In this document: in pieces, positions 10,283 to 20,644 of the stretch
Numbering within the stretch: the stretch's first letter is position 1
How the letters are laid out: every line of letters starts with the position of its first letter
From: Gemmatimonadota bacterium
GTDB taxonomy: Bacteria > Gemmatimonadota > Gemmatimonadetes > Palauibacterales > Palauibacteraceae
Assembly: GCA_963666735.1 (NCBI GenBank)
Contig: OY762926.1
Coordinates: forward strand, 2,016,001-2,080,000
DNA length: 64,000 nt
Direction of reading: 5' to 3'
Notes under the pieces: generated by a model
Databases searched by the model: none
Told to the model about the DNA's origin: nothing
Seen by the model: only the letters and a program-made list of their open reading frames with translations
Translations under genes and position numbers: made by a program

Positions 10283-12268
10283 ATGACCGAACAGCACCGG
10301 GAAATCGATGTCCTGCTGGACGAACAGAGGACTTTCGAGCCGTCGGCGGACTTCGTCGCGGCGGCCCACGTGGGCGATCGCAGCCCGTACGGCGAAGCCG
10401 GCCGGGACCGCGAGATGTACTGGGAGACGTGGGCGCGCGAACTCGACTGGTTCACGCCCTGGAACCGCGTCCTGGAGTGGGATCCGCCGTTCTCGAAGTG
10501 GTTCGTGGGTGGCACGCTCAACGCCGCGTACAACTGCCTGGACCGCCACCTCGAGACGCGCGGTTCGAAGGCGGCGCTCATCTGGGAGGGCGAGCCGGGC
10601 GATGTGCGGCGCTACACCTACCGCGAGTTGCACGAGGAGGTGGGCCGCTTCGCGAACGCGCTCCAGGGGCTCGGCATCGGGAAGGGAGACCGGGTCGCGA
10701 TCTATCTCCCCATGGTCCCGGAAGCCGCCATCGCCATGCTCGCCTGTGCGCGCATCGGCGCCCCGCATTCCGTCGTCTTCGGAGGCTTCTCGCCGCAGTC
10801 CCTGCGCGACCGGATCGAGGACGCCCATGCCACGTGCGTGATCACGGCGGACGGAGGATATCGCCGCGGCGGGATCATTCCTCTCAAGGCGAGCACGGAC
10901 ACCGCGATCGAGGGTCTCGACTACGTGAAGAGCGTCGTCGTCGTCCAGCGCTCCGCCGTGACCGACCCCGAGGCCGCGCCGCACGGAGACCGGGTGGACA
11001 CGCCATCGTGCGAGATGGCCGAAGGCCGGGACCACTGGTACCACGAACTGATCGCCGCGGCGGACGCCGAGTGCCCCGCCGAGCCGATGGATTCGGAGGA
11101 CCTGCTCTACATCCTCTATACTTCCGGGACGACGGGGAAGCCGAAGGGCGTGATGCACACGACCGGCGGCTACATGACGCACGTGACCGCGACCGCGAAA
11201 TGGGTGTTCGACCTCGGGGAGGACGACATCTACTGGTGCACGGCGGACGTGGGCTGGGTGACGGGCCACTCCTACATCGTGTACGGCCCGCTCTCGAACG
11301 GGGCGACGGTGGTGATGTACGAGGGATCGCCCGACTGGCCCGACCGCGGCCGCTTCTGGGACCTGTGCGAGAGCTACGCGGTGACGGTGTTCTACACGGC
11401 GCCGACGGCGATCCGCGCCTTCATGAGGTGGGGGGACGACTGGCCGGCGGGCTACAACCTTTCCAAGCTCCGGCTGCTCGGAACGGTGGGCGAACCCATC
11501 AACCCCGAGGCGTGGGTCTGGTACGACCGCCACATCGGGGGCGGCCGCTGTCCGATCGTCGACACGTGGTGGCAGACGGAGACGGGCGGAATCATGATCA
11601 CGCCGCTCCCGGGGGCGATCGTCACGAAACCGGGGACGGCGACGGTCCCCTTCCCCGGCATCGAGGCGGCGATCCTCGACGAAGAAGGGAACCCGGCGGA
11701 GTCCGGCTACCTGGCGATCACGTCGCCGTGGCCGGGGATGCTGCGCGGGGTGTGGGGAGACGAGGAACGCTACCGCGAGACCTACTGGTCGAAGTGGCCC
11801 GACATCTACTTCCCCGGCGACGGGGCGCGGGTGGACGAGGACGGCTACTACTGGATCATGGGCCGCGTCGATGACGTGTTGAACGTGGCCGGGCACCGGA
11901 TCGGGACGATGGAGGTGGAGTCCGCGCTGGTCGACCACGAGACGGTGGCGGAAGCGGCGGTGGTCGGGCGTTCGGACGAGATCAAGGGACAGGCGGTGGC
12001 CGCGTTCGTGAGCGTGGTGGAGGGGACGGAGACCTCCGAAGCGCTGCGCCGGGAACTGCGGGGGCACGTCGCCGCACAGATCGGGGCCATCGCGCGACCG
12101 GCCGACCTCATCTTCGCGGCCGAACTGCCGAAGACCCGCAGCGGTAAGATCATGCGGCGCCTCCTGCGCGACGTGGCGGAGGGACGGGCGCTGGGCGACA
12201 CGACGACGCTCGCCGATCCCGCCGTGGTGAGAAGCCTGCAGCAACAGTTCGCCGACAGCGAGGGCTAA
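10283..12268 (+). CDS. acs: Acetyl-CoA synthetase
   Basis: [50 protein letters not shown]. Confidence 0.97.
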   Translation: MTEQHREIDVLLDEQRTFEPSADFVAAAHVGDRSPYGEAGRDREMYWETWARELDWFTPWNRVLEWDPPFSKWFVGGTLNAAYNCLDRHLETRGSKAALIWEGEPGDVRRYTYRELHEEVGRFANALQGLGIGKGDRVAIYLPMVPEAAIAMLACARIGAPHSVVFGGFSPQSLRDRIEDAHATCVITADGGYRRGGIIPLKASTDTAIEGLDYVKSVVVVQRSAVTDPEAAPHGDRVDTPSCEMAEGRDHWYHELIAAADAECPAEPMDSEDLLYILYTSGTTGKPKGVMHTTGGYMTHVTATAKWVFDLGEDDIYWCTADVGWVTGHSYIVYGPLSNGATVVMYEGSPDWPDRGRFWDLCESYAVTVFYTAPTAIRAFMRWGDDWPAGYNLSKLRLLGTVGEPINPEAWVWYDRHIGGGRCPIVDTWWQTETGGIMITPLPGAIVTKPGTATVPFPGIEAAILDEEGNPAESGYLAITSPWPGMLRGVWGDEERYRETYWSKWPDIYFPGDGARVDEDGYYWIMGRVDDVLNVAGHRIGTMEVESALVDHETVAEAAVVGRSDEIKGQAVAAFVSVVEGTETSEALRRELRGHVAAQIGAIARPADLIFAAELPKTRSGKIMRRLLRDVAEGRALGDTTTLADPAVVRSLQQQFADSEG

Positions 12269-12322
12269 CAGCCAACCGGGAGAGCCCGCCACGCCATCGA
12301 CCGCCCGCAGCCGCCGACGCCC

Positions 12323-13558
12323 ATGATCCCGCGCTCGCCGGACACCGGTTCGCGGAGAGCGGGTCAGCTCGCGCTGCTCGCGCTGGTCGATTTGCTCGCG
12401 ATGAGCCTCTGGTTCTCGGCCAGCGCGGTCGTGCCGGAGTTGCGCGACGCGTGGGACCTGGACGACGCGGGCGCGGCGTGGCTCACGACGTCGGTCCAAC
12501 TCGGTTTCGCTACGGGCGCGGTCCTCTCGGCGCTGCTCACGCTCTCCGACGTGTGGGACCCACGCCGGCTCATCGCGGGGTCGGCCCTCATCGGGGCGGC
12601 CGCCACGGCCGCGATCGCGGTCTTCGCCGAAGGTCTCGTCCTCGCGGTCATCCTTCGTTTCGTGACCGGGATCGCCCTCGCGGGGGTCTATCCGCCCGGG
12701 ATGAAGATCGTGGCGGGTTGGTTCCGGTCTGGACGGGGGATGGCGATCGGGGTCCTCATCGGCGCCCTCTCGATCGGGAGTGCGTCGCCGCATCTCCTGC
12801 GGCCCCTCGGAGGGATCGGCGCCTGGCAGCCGGTGCTCCTGCTCGCCTCGGGCCTCGCGGTCCTGGCGGCCGCCGTCGCCGCGACCGGACTGCAAGTGGG
12901 TCCCCACCAGGCGCCGGCCGCGCCCTTCGACCCGCGGGCGGTGCGCCGGATCCTCGGCGACCGCGCCTCGATGCTCGCCAACGGCGGCTATCTCGGGCAC
13001 ATGTGGGAACTCTTCGCCATGTGGACGTGGATCCCCGCCTTCCTCGCGGCGAGCTTCGCCGCGGACGCGAGCGCGGGCACGACTCCTTCGGTCGCCTCTT
13101 ACCTTGCGTTCGGGACGATTGCCGCCGGAGGGCTGGGCGCAGCCGTGGCCGGCATGCTCGCGGACCGCGTGGGACGGACGGCCGTGACGAGCTGGAGCAT
13201 GGTGGTGAGCGGCGCCTGCTGTCTGGCTATCGGACCCCTGTTCGGCGGTCCCGTCTGGCCGATCGCGGCGATCTGTTTCGTGTGGGGATTCGCAATCGTC
13301 GCCGACTCCGCGCAGTTCTCCGCCTGCGTGAGCGAGCTGGCCGAACCGGAATACGTCGGGACGGCGCTCACTCTGCAGACGGCCGTCGGCTTCCTGCTCA
13401 CGATCGCCACGATCCGCCTCATCCCGGTGTGGGAGGCGGCGCTGGGCTGGGAGTGGGCCTTCGCGCCCCTCGCCATCGGCCCGGCCCTCGGCACCTGGAG
13501 CATGCTCGCGCTGCGCCGGCGTCCCGAAGCCGCCCTAATTGCCGGAGGCCGCCGCTAG
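12323..13558 (+). CDS. MFS transporter
   Basis: About 12 TM helices; SLWFSASAV, GVYPPGMK, GHMWELFAMW, VADSAQFS motifs. Confidence 0.88.
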   Translation: MIPRSPDTGSRRAGQLALLALVDLLAMSLWFSASAVVPELRDAWDLDDAGAAWLTTSVQLGFATGAVLSALLTLSDVWDPRRLIAGSALIGAAATAAIAVFAEGLVLAVILRFVTGIALAGVYPPGMKIVAGWFRSGRGMAIGVLIGALSIGSASPHLLRPLGGIGAWQPVLLLASGLAVLAAAVAATGLQVGPHQAPAAPFDPRAVRRILGDRASMLANGGYLGHMWELFAMWTWIPAFLAASFAADASAGTTPSVASYLAFGTIAAGGLGAAVAGMLADRVGRTAVTSWSMVVSGACCLAIGPLFGGPVWPIAAICFVWGFAIVADSAQFSACVSELAEPEYVGTALTLQTAVGFLLTIATIRLIPVWEAALGWEWAFAPLAIGPALGTWSMLALRRRPEAALIAGGRR

Positions 13559-13569
13559 GTGCTGAACGA

Positions 13570-13598
13570 TTGCGGCGCGTAACGCTACACGCTACAGT
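13570..13598 (+). promoter_or_regulatory. Sigma70-like promoter of higBA, probably leaderless
   Basis: TTGCGG (13570-75), 17-bp spacer, TACAGT (13593-98); ATG 7 nt downstream; no SD. Confidence 0.5.
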
Positions 13599-13604
13599 CC
13601 ATCC

Positions 13605-13877
13605 ATGAGGATCCGGCACAAGGGACTCCGGGCGCTCCATGAGCGGGATGACCGGGCTCGGCTTCCGGCGCACCTGGTGCCGCGGCTTCGGCGAATTCTG
13701 TTCCGGCTGCAAGAAGCGACGCATCCCGGTAGCGCAGACGCTCCGGGTTTTCGGCTGCACCCGTTGAAGGGAGGTCGAGCGGGCCAATGGAGCGTGCGCG
13801 TGTCCGGCAATTGGCGCGTCGTGTTCCGCTTCGAGGACGGCGAGGTCGTGGACGTGGACCTGGTGGATTACCACTGA
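13605..13877 (+). CDS. higB: HigB/RelE-family toxin (plasmid maintenance system killer type)
   Basis: RHKGLR.L, PGFRLHPLKG...GQWSVRVSGNWRVVFRF.....DVDLVDYH. Confidence 0.92.
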   Translation: MRIRHKGLRALHERDDRARLPAHLVPRLRRILFRLQEATHPGSADAPGFRLHPLKGGRAGQWSVRVSGNWRVVFRFEDGEVVDVDLVDYH

Positions 13878-13893
13878 GGGGGGAGGAAATGCG

Positions 13894-14208
13894 ATGAACG
13901 ACAGCGGCAAGCGCGGAGGTCCGATGCTGAATCCGCCGCACCTGGGCGAACTTGTCCGCGAAGGCATGGACGAGGTCGGCTGGAACGTGACTCGGACGGC
14001 GGCTCATCTGGGGTGCGAGCGCGGGACTTTATCGCGACTGCTGAACGGGAGGGCCGGCGTGTCGGCGAACATGGCGCTTGCCTTGGAGGCCATCGGCTGG
14101 GGCACGGCGGATCACTGGATGCGAATGCAGGCGAGCTATGAGCTTGCACAGGCACGAAGGGCACATGACTGGCGGGAGGACACGCGGGCGCACGAAGCCG
14201 TCCCATAG
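13894..14208 (+). CDS. higA: HigA-family antitoxin (Xre HTH)
   Basis: NPPHLGELVRE, HTH TLSRLLNGRAGVS..MAL.L, WMRMQASYEL; alternative ATG at 13924. Confidence 0.92.
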   Translation: MNDSGKRGGPMLNPPHLGELVREGMDEVGWNVTRTAAHLGCERGTLSRLLNGRAGVSANMALALEAIGWGTADHWMRMQASYELAQARRAHDWREDTRAHEAVP

Positions 14209-14317
14209 TAGCGCCGTGGCACGTCTCAGGGCGACGTGGGCGGTGGTTGTGGGCCTTGCGCGTACGGTCTACCGTGAGCACCGAGGCTCCTCCCCGTTCG
14301 AAACCTGGAGTACAGAC

Positions 14318-15106
14318 GTGAGACAACACAGCCGTTCGGGCAGATCCCGATCCATCGCCAAGGTGGCCGTGCTGGCCCTCGCCGCGAGCGCCGCCCCGGG
14401 GTGCGGGCAGGCGGAAGCCGGGTCACGGTCGGAGGGAGCGGTTGCGGAGGACGGTGCGGCCGCGTCGCAGGCGGCGGCGAACCGACTCTCGGCCGAGGAG
14501 GCGGCGGAGGGCTTCGAGCTCCTCTTCGACGGGGAATCGCTCGACGCGTGGCGCGGGTTCCGGATGGATGACGTGCCCGCGGGCTGGAGCGCAAAGGAGG
14601 GCGCGCTCGCCTTCACGCCCGGTGTCGGAGGCGGGACTCTGATCACGCGCGATACCTACACGGATTTCGATTTGCGCCTCGAGTGGAAGGTCGGCGAGGC
14701 CGGCAACAGCGGGATCTTCTTCGGAATCGTGGAGAGCACCGAGAGCACCTTTCAGTCGGGGCCGGAGATGCAGGTGCTCGACAACGCGGGGCACTACGAC
14801 GGAGGCGATCCACTCACGTCCGCGGGATCGAACTACGGTCTCCACGCGCCGCCGGAGGATGTGACGCGCCCGGTCGGCGAATGGAACGAGGTCCGCATCG
14901 TGCGCCACGGCAACCAGGTCGTGCACTGGCTCAACGGCGTGCAGGTCGTCGAGTACGAGATCGCCTCGCCCGAGTGGGAGGCGCTGGTGGCGGGCAGCAA
15001 GTTCATCCAGTGGCCCGACTACGGCCGGCACCACGATGGCCACCTCGGGCTTCAGGACCACGGCGACCCCGTCTGGTACCGCAACATCCGGGTCCGGCGC
15101 CTGTAG
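14318..15106 (+). CDS. DUF1080 / 3-keto-disaccharide hydrolase family lipoprotein
   Basis: GGAG plus GTG at 14318, signal peptide ending PGC; GFELLFDG, GNSGIF, GPEMQVLD, GEWN, LQDHG..VWYRNIRVR. Confidence 0.88.
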   Translation: MRQHSRSGRSRSIAKVAVLALAASAAPGCGQAEAGSRSEGAVAEDGAAASQAAANRLSAEEAAEGFELLFDGESLDAWRGFRMDDVPAGWSAKEGALAFTPGVGGGTLITRDTYTDFDLRLEWKVGEAGNSGIFFGIVESTESTFQSGPEMQVLDNAGHYDGGDPLTSAGSNYGLHAPPEDVTRPVGEWNEVRIVRHGNQVVHWLNGVQVVEYEIASPEWEALVAGSKFIQWPDYGRHHDGHLGLQDHGDPVWYRNIRVRRL

Positions 15107-15114
15107 CCGAGCTG

Positions 15115-15270
15115 TTAGTCGGGATACGCTCCGCAGACCGCCCGAACCTCGCCCGTCACTTCTGAGCGGATCACGTTTTCACCGTTGCAGGGATCCGACG
15201 GGTTCTTGCATCCCGCCACACAGGAAACGACAAGAAGCAGCAACACGCCCACCTTCTGTTTCGCGACCAC
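15115..15270 (-). CDS. Small putative lipoprotein (51 aa), not in the ORF track
   Basis: GAGGA then GTG; MVAKQKVGVLLLLVVSCVAG-CKNPSDPCNGENVIRSEVTGEVRAVCGAYPD; lipobox VAGC. Confidence 0.55.
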   Translation of the reverse strand: MVAKQKVGVLLLLVVSCVAGCKNPSDPCNGENVIRSEVTGEVRAVCGAYPD

Positions 15271-15427
15271 GAAGCATCATCCTCGGTCCTGGTATCCGGC
15301 TCCCATCCCACTCACCCAACGTCCATCTCGGCTCCCGTGTGACGGCCTCGAGACCAGATCGCCGGCCGCAGCTGCGCGCCGCAGGGAACCCGACCGCAAG
15401 GTGGCAACCGGGCGTAAGAGAACGGAC

Positions 15428-16729
15428 CTAAGCGTCCAGCGTCCGGTGGGTGAAGCTCTGTCTGCCGGGACCGTAGTCCGCCGCGCTCTGCCCCTCGCCG
15501 CGCAGCAGCCAGCGCGTCGTCAGGAGGCCTTCGACGCCGACCGGCCCGCGGGCGTGGATGCGGGCGGTGCTGATCCCCACCTCGGCCCCGAGCCCATAGC
15601 GGAATCCGTCCGCGAAGCGCGTGCTCGCGTTGTGGAACACGCTCGCGGCGTCGACCGCCTTCAGGAATCGCTCCGCGACCTCCCCGTCCTCGGCCACGAT
15701 CGCGTCCGTGTGGCTGCTCCCGTAGGTGTGAATGAAGTCGACGGCCTCTTCCAGGCTCGCCACGGTCCGCACCGCCAGCGTGAGGTCGCCGAACTCGAGT
15801 CCCCAGTCCTCCTCGGAGGCGGCCCCGGCCCACGGCAGGACCCGGAGGGAGGGCTCGTCGCAGCGGAGTTGGACCCCGCGCTCGCGGAGCGCCTCTCCAA
15901 TCGGGCCCAGCCGCGGCAGGAACGACTCGTGCACGAGCAGCGTCTCGGTCGCGTTGCAGGCCGCCGGATAGTCGCACTTTCCGTCCACGGCGAGCCGCAG
16001 GGCCATCTCCGGATCCGCCGACGCGTCCACGTAAAGGTGGCATACGCCCTCCGCGTGCCCCAGTACCGGAATCCGGCTCCGCTCCTGAATCGAGCGCACG
16101 AGCGCCCCGGATCCCCGCGGGATCACGAGGTCGATGAGGTCGTCAAGCGCGAGCAGTTCGTCGACGTCCCGCCGGTCCGGGACGCCGAGGACGGCACGTG
16201 GATCGAGGCCGGCCTCCTGCAGCGCCTGTTGCAGGCAACCGACGAGTACCTCGTTCGAGCGCGCCGCCTCGCGGCCGCCCTTCATGGTGACTCCGTTTCC
16301 GGAGCGGATGGCGAGCGACCCGATCTGGATCACCGCATCGGGCCGGCTTTCGAAGATGATGAGAAGAACGCCGAGCGGACTGCGCACGCGCTCCAGGACG
16401 AGACCCTCATCCAGTTCCGTGCGCGTGAGCACGCGGTCGATCGGATCCTCGCCTTCGACCAGCGCGTCGATCCCCTCGAGCAGACTCTCGAACTTGGCCT
16501 CGGGGAGCCCCAGACGGTGGAGGAGCGGCCCGGAAAGTCCTTCCTCCGCCGCGCGCGCCAGATCCTCGTCATTCGCCCGCGAGATTTCAACCCGCGACCG
16601 GACCAGCACGTCCTTGAGCGCGCGGAGCGCCGCCGTCCGGCGCTCCGCCGGGGCGCTGCCGAGGGTGCGTTGCGCCTTCCGTACGCCGGCCGCCCGCGCC
16701 CGCAGAGACTCAGCCAATTCCCGCTTCAA
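15428..16729 (-). CDS. proA: Gamma-glutamyl phosphate reductase
   Basis: PLGVLLIIFESRPD, LVIPRGS, GVCHLYVD, ACNATETLL, YGSSHTDAI, NASTRFADG, HARGPVG. Confidence 0.96.
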   Translation of the reverse strand: MKRELAESLRARAAGVRKAQRTLGSAPAERRTAALRALKDVLVRSRVEISRANDEDLARAAEEGLSGPLLHRLGLPEAKFESLLEGIDALVEGEDPIDRVLTRTELDEGLVLERVRSPLGVLLIIFESRPDAVIQIGSLAIRSGNGVTMKGGREAARSNEVLVGCLQQALQEAGLDPRAVLGVPDRRDVDELLALDDLIDLVIPRGSGALVRSIQERSRIPVLGHAEGVCHLYVDASADPEMALRLAVDGKCDYPAACNATETLLVHESFLPRLGPIGEALRERGVQLRCDEPSLRVLPWAGAASEEDWGLEFGDLTLAVRTVASLEEAVDFIHTYGSSHTDAIVAEDGEVAERFLKAVDAASVFHNASTRFADGFRYGLGAEVGISTARIHARGPVGVEGLLTTRWLLRGEGQSAADYGPGRQSFTHRTLDA

Positions 16730-17901
16730 TTCTCGACTTCCTTGAGAATGAGGTGCTCCCGCCCGACGAGTTCGATGCCCGCGCCCGCCTCGTGCGAGAC
16801 CGCCTGGAGGACGAGTCTGGAGTCGAGCGCGACGACGCCCCGCCCGACCAGGGACCCGTCGAGTTCCCGGACTTCAACCACATCGCCCCGCCGGAACGCG
16901 CCTTCCGCCCGTGTCACATCCCCGGCTCGCAGCGGCTCGCCGGCCCGGAGGCGTTCGGCCCCACCCTCCGCCAGGACCAGCGTCCCGCGCGGGTGTGAAC
17001 AATAGGCGATCCAGCGGCTGCGCGAGGAGAGGGCGGCTCGAGGCGGGACCCATGTCCCCTCCTCTTCCCCGGCCAGAACCCGGTCGAGCGCGCCCGGATC
17101 GACACCCGACGCGATGACGGTGTGGCAGCCCCCGCGCGAAGCGACCCAGGCCGCCTCCAGCTTGCTCGCCATCCCGCCCCGGCCGAGCCCGGAGTAGCCG
17201 TCCACGTCGAGTCCGTGGTTGTCCGGCCGGTCGATCCGATCGATGAGTCGCGCTTCCGGGTCGCGCCTGGGGTCGGCCGTCATCACCCCCGGCACGTCCG
17301 TGAGAAGCACGATCAGATCCGCCGCCAGTTCGCTCGCAACCAGCGCCCCCAGCCGGTCGTTGTCGTCGAAGATCGGCCGCTTGCCGGTCCCCCGGTACAC
17401 GCGGTCGTTCAGCGAGATCGCGTCGTTCTCGTTCACGACGGGGACGACGCCGAGCCGGAAGAGGCTCTGGAGCGTCTCGTGCAGGTTCAGGTAGCGGACC
17501 CGGTCGTCGAAGTCCGTCCACGTGATGAGGATCTGCGCGCAGGTGACGCCGAGCCGGGCGAACCCCTGCTGGTAGAGTTCCATGAGCCGGCTCTGGCCGA
17601 TCGCGGCGCACGTCTGCTTCAGCGCGGCCGTCTCGGGCGCTTCGGGGAGATGGAGGGCGACGCGTCCGAGGCCGACCGCGCCCGAAGTCACGATGAGCAC
17701 CTCCCGGCCCTCGCGCCGCAGGCGGCTCGCGCTCTCGACGACGCGGAAGAGGCGAGAGAGGGCGATCGTCCCGTCGGCGTGCGTGACGACGCCCGTCCCC
17801 ACTTTGAGGACGATCCGTTCCGCCGTCGCGATCGCCTCGCGCGTCACCGCCGCCGCGGCGGCGGCGCCCTCGGGGGTCGAGACTGGTTGGAGCTGGCTCA
17901 C
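16726..17901 (-). CDS. proB: Glutamate 5-kinase with PUA domain
   Basis: IVLKVGT, VTSGAV, AAIGQ, VVNENDA, DNDRL, GRGGMASKL; GTG start at 17901 inferred. Confidence 0.95.
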   Translation of the reverse strand: MSQLQPVSTPEGAAAAAAVTREAIATAERIVLKVGTGVVTHADGTIALSRLFRVVESASRLRREGREVLIVTSGAVGLGRVALHLPEAPETAALKQTCAAIGQSRLMELYQQGFARLGVTCAQILITWTDFDDRVRYLNLHETLQSLFRLGVVPVVNENDAISLNDRVYRGTGKRPIFDDNDRLGALVASELAADLIVLLTDVPGVMTADPRRDPEARLIDRIDRPDNHGLDVDGYSGLGRGGMASKLEAAWVASRGGCHTVIASGVDPGALDRVLAGEEEGTWVPPRAALSSRSRWIAYCSHPRGTLVLAEGGAERLRAGEPLRAGDVTRAEGAFRRGDVVEVRELDGSLVGRGVVALDSRLVLQAVSHEAGAGIELVGREHLILKEVEN

Positions 17902-18157
17902 GTCGAACGCCTCACAGCGGGACCGGAACCCACAGCCGGCCGCGGGGCCGGCGGAAGGCCACCAAAAGTACACGGGCGCCTCCCCGGCACCAGTCCCCTG
18001 AGCCTCCTCTCGCGAGATCTGGAGCCATCGCCGACGTGTTCCGTCCCGCCACGTAACGAAATGTTGGGCGCGGCATTGACGGCGAGTTGATCGAACACGG
18101 AAGATTGAAGAGGGAGATTGGGAAGTCGGTGATGGGGACTCTGGAGGATACGAGGGC

Positions 18158-19144
18158 TTGCTAACCGTTCTTGAGATTTGTGCGGGGGGAGGGGGGCAGA
18201 CCTTGGGTCTCGAGGATGCTGGGTTCGAGGCTGCGGGGCTCGTCGAGAACGACCGTCACGCTTGTGCCACGCTCCGCTTTAACCGGCCGCGTTGGCGCGT
18301 GATCGAAGGTGATGTCCGGGAGCTGGATTCGGCTGAATTCCGGGGCGTAGATCTGTTTGCGGGCGGGGTACCCTGTCCGCCGTTTTCCGTAGCGGGAAAA
18401 CAACTCGGGAGTGACGACGAGCGTGATCTGTTCCCGGCCGCCCTCCGCCTGATCGAAGACATCGAGCCGCGCGCCGTCCTGCTTGAGAATGTCCCTGGCT
18501 TGGCCACGAGGCGGTTTTCCGCCTACCGCCGACGGCTCGCCGCGCGTCTGACCGCACTCGGCTACTGGCTTGACTGGAGGGTGTTGAACGCGAGCGAGTT
18601 CGGCGTTTCGCAGCTGCGCCCCCGGTTCATTCTTGTCGCCGTAAGGAGAAACCTCTCGCCGTATTTCGCTTGGCCTCTGCCTTCCGGCCCCGGCCACTCC
18701 GTCGGCGAACTGCTTGCGGACCTGATGGGCGCGGGCGGCTGGCCGGGTGCGGCTGATTGGGCGGCGGCGGCGAGCAACATCGCACCCACGCTTGTTGGAG
18801 GCTCCAAGAAGCACGGCGGGGCTGACTTGGGACCTACGCGGGCCAGGGCCGCCTGGCAGAAACTCGGTGTCAACGGGCTCTCTCTTGCCGACGCACCTCC
18901 CGGACCCGGCTTCCCGGCGGACTCGATGCCGCGTCTGACCTTGCGCATGACGGCACGCATCCAGGGATTTCCCGATTCATGGCAGTTCCAGGGAGGAAAG
19001 ACCGCGGCATACCGCCAGGTAGGGAACGCCCTGCCGCCGCCGGTTGCAGAGGCCGTGGGCACTTCCCTTCGCAGGGCGCTTATGGAGAAGACGCCGACCT
19101 ACGATGTAGACGAGCAGTTGCCGTTGCGGGCTCAAACCGTATGA
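18158..19144 (+). CDS. C5 DNA cytosine methyltransferase, M.NaeI/M.NgoMIV-like (predicted GCCGGC)
   Basis: EICAGGGGQ, GGVPCPPFS.AG, ENVPG, QLRPR, TRD PTLVGGSKKHGGADLGPTRA, YRQVGNA. Confidence 0.92.
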   Translation: MLTVLEICAGGGGQTLGLEDAGFEAAGLVENDRHACATLRFNRPRWRVIEGDVRELDSAEFRGVDLFAGGVPCPPFSVAGKQLGSDDERDLFPAALRLIEDIEPRAVLLENVPGLATRRFSAYRRRLAARLTALGYWLDWRVLNASEFGVSQLRPRFILVAVRRNLSPYFAWPLPSGPGHSVGELLADLMGAGGWPGAADWAAAASNIAPTLVGGSKKHGGADLGPTRARAAWQKLGVNGLSLADAPPGPGFPADSMPRLTLRMTARIQGFPDSWQFQGGKTAAYRQVGNALPPPVAEAVGTSLRRALMEKTPTYDVDEQLPLRAQTV

Positions 19145-19203
19145 CTGAAGAGATCCTGCTGGCGGCTCGCCGGGAACTGCTTCCGCTCGATCTCGTCGTC
19201 TGA
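19141..19203 (+). pseudogene. 20-codon scar of an NgoMIV-family restriction endonuclease (fused N- and C-termini)
   Basis: ATGA-coupled to the methylase; MTEEILLAARRE-LLPLDLVV*; tail resembles the LPLDL(A/V)V end recalled for the NgoMIV family. Confidence 0.65.
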
Positions 19204-19215
19204 GCGCATCCCGCG

Positions 19216-19707
19216 GTGGATTACAAGCCCAAGTCCGCGGATGAGATCCGGCGCAACATGTCAGCCATCCGGAGCACGGGAGGCAAGACGGAGGTTGCCC
19301 TCCGCTCCATGCTTCACCGCCGCGGCCTCAGGTTTCGCAAGAACTATGCGAAGCTCCCGGGGAGACCCGATATCGTCTTCGTCCGTGCCCGTGTCGTAGT
19401 GTTCATCGATGGCGACTATTGGCACGCGCGGGTTCTACGGGAGCGCGGTCCCGAGGCCCTCGAACAGCGCATGAAGACCGCAAACCGCGCATACTGGATG
19501 ACAAAGTTCACGAAGCGTGTGAAACGCGACGACCATGTGACGGCCACGCTTGAGGAAGACGGCTGGACGGTGGTCAGGCTCTGGGAATCCGATGTCCGAG
19601 CCAACTTGGACGAGGCGGCCAGGGCAATCGAAAATTCCGTAAGGTTGGGTTTGGGACACGGCCGGGAGCGTCAACGGAGAGCGGGTGCAGCGTGCAGGTC
19701 CACCTGA
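19216..19707 (+). CDS. vsr: Very short patch repair endonuclease
   Basis: RRNMSAIRS...KTE..LR..LH..GLRFRKN...LPGRPDIV, FIDGDYWH, GWTVVRLWE. Confidence 0.93.
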   Translation: MDYKPKSADEIRRNMSAIRSTGGKTEVALRSMLHRRGLRFRKNYAKLPGRPDIVFVRARVVVFIDGDYWHARVLRERGPEALEQRMKTANRAYWMTKFTKRVKRDDHVTATLEEDGWTVVRLWESDVRANLDEAARAIENSVRLGLGHGRERQRRAGAACRST

Positions 19708-20573
19708 TCGACGGCACCTACGAGTTGTTCCGGCACTTCTACGGAGCGCCCTCGGCGAAGAACGCCGGGGGTCACGAGGTCGGGGCGGCGCGCGGCGTCG
19801 TGGCTTCGATGCTCGGCCTCCTCGAGGGCGGGGCCACCCACATCGCCATCGCCACCGACCGCGTCATCGAGTCCTTCCGCAACGAGCTGTGGCCCGGCTA
19901 CAAGGACGGCTCCGGCATCGATCCGGCGCTCCACTCGCAATTCCCCCTCGTCGAGGAGGCGCTCGCCTCGGCGGGGTTCGTCGTGTGGCCGATGGTGCGG
20001 CACGAAGCGGACGACGGGATGGCTGCCGGCGCCGCGATGGCCGCCGCCGACCCGCGCGTGGAGCGCGTCTTCATCTGCACGCCGGACAAGGATCTCGCCC
20101 AGTGTGTGGAAGGCGACCGCATCGTGCAGTTCGACCGCCGGCAGCGGATCGTGCGCGACGAGGCCGGCGTCATCGAGAAGTTCGGGGTCCCTCCCGCCGC
20201 GATCCCCGACTGGTTGGCCCTGGTGGGAGACTCCGCGGACGGATTCCCCGGCATCCGCGGCTTCGGCGCCAAGACCGCCGCCGCGGTGCTCGCCCGCTAC
20301 GGCCGCATCGAGGACATCCCCTCGGACGGACGAGATTGGGATGTCTCCGTGCGCGGCCCCGAACGCCTCGCGCAGACGCTGCGCAGCGGGCTGGACGACG
20401 CGCTCCTCTTCCGCCGCCTCGCCACGCTGGTCCGCGAAGCGCCCGTCTCAGCGAGCGTCGACGACCTCGAGTGGACGGGCCCCCGGGACGATTTCGACCT
20501 CGTCGCTACGATACTCGACGCCCCTGACCTGCTTCCCCGTATCCGGCGACTCGCGGAAGACCGGGGCCATTGA
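19692..20573 (+). CDS. Stand-alone 5'-3' exonuclease / flap endonuclease
   Basis: HLIDGTYELFR, FRNELWPGYK, EADD, TPDKD, LVGDSADG.PGI.GFGAKTA (H3TH). Confidence 0.92.
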   Translation: MQVHLIDGTYELFRHFYGAPSAKNAGGHEVGAARGVVASMLGLLEGGATHIAIATDRVIESFRNELWPGYKDGSGIDPALHSQFPLVEEALASAGFVVWPMVRHEADDGMAAGAAMAAADPRVERVFICTPDKDLAQCVEGDRIVQFDRRQRIVRDEAGVIEKFGVPPAAIPDWLALVGDSADGFPGIRGFGAKTAAAVLARYGRIEDIPSDGRDWDVSVRGPERLAQTLRSGLDDALLFRRLATLVREAPVSASVDDLEWTGPRDDFDLVATILDAPDLLPRIRRLAEDRGH

Positions 20574-20644
20574 ACGGGCCGGGCTCTCGCCGATGAGGCC
20601 ACCTCGCTAGGCAACGCCACTCTCCGGACCTTTCGCATCTCACA

